NCBI RefSeq assembly: GCF_003918875.1
Contig: NW_025765891.1
Location: 3,596,001-3,660,000, forward strand
Direction: 5' to 3'
DNA length: 64,000 nt
DNA from: Haliotis rubra
Lineage: Eukaryota
Positions 63,591 through 64,000 of this stretch are shown here, piece after piece. The position numbers and the translations under genes were made by a program. Positions within the stretch are counted from its first letter, which is position 1. Each line of letters opens with the position of its first letter. The notes beneath the pieces are model-generated. The model searched no databases. It was not told the origin of the DNA and was given only the letters and a program-made list of their open reading frames with translations.

Positions 63591-64000
63591 TGTGATTCAT
63601 AAGTACGTGCTCTGTCATTGTATCTCATGATGTCAATCACTGGATTATCTGGTTCAGATTCAGTTATGATCAGGCTGGCGTCATGCAGCTGTTTTACTGC
63701 TGACTGCGGCGTTAAACAAACAAACACATGCTCATACATTTGTCGGAATCCTAGACCTGGTTCTGCTTTAGCAGAGATGTCTTATGGTTGTGGAGAGGGT
63801 TTTGTCGCTTTCATTTATTATTATGACAATGAAAAGCATATACATGTATATACATATATGTAGCATTGCATCAGATCTTGTTTGTACAGTGTAGGGTAAA
63901 CGTCTGCGCATGTTAGTATTGTAAAGTCGACTGCACAGCCTGTGTAACATGGGCCATCGGATGACACTGCGCTGTGTACCGTCGGTGACTATCAGTCACT

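Noticed and set aside
62900-63700. Hammerhead ribozyme expected near Penelope-like elements
   Set aside because: No CTGANGA...GAAA core with flanking stems found by eye.

Overview
Eukaryotic (animal) genomic DNA with spliced genes and many interspersed repeats. The SINE families and gene content suggest a mollusc, probably a gastropod such as abalone (inference only). Genes reconstructed by hand with phase-compatible GT-AG junctions: (1) a 3-exon Vax homeobox gene on the minus strand (~181 aa); (2) three dispersed single-coding-exon GT92/DUF23 (galt-1-like) type II membrane glycosyltransferase paralogues; (3) a small secreted cysteine-rich protein with ~1.5 VWC modules and a TATA box (~145 aa); (4) an 8-exon secreted S1A serine protease (~307 aa) with an intact triad but atypical features: AIGG mature N-terminus, no Cys220 but an extra Cys143, and two hydrophobic loop insertions. 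Repeats: a PIF/Harbinger deletion derivative containing a hAT-like MITE containing a retroposon, a 5'-truncated LINE, Tc1 and Penelope-like fragments, several MITEs, three short retroposon families with related 3' tails (one with a structured non-tRNA head), and satellites of 42, 46 and 53 bp. No prokaryote-type systems (CRISPR etc.) were seen. The best novelty candidates are the structured-head retroposon, the atypical protease and the diversified GT92 cluster. All are hypotheses, not confirmed novelties.
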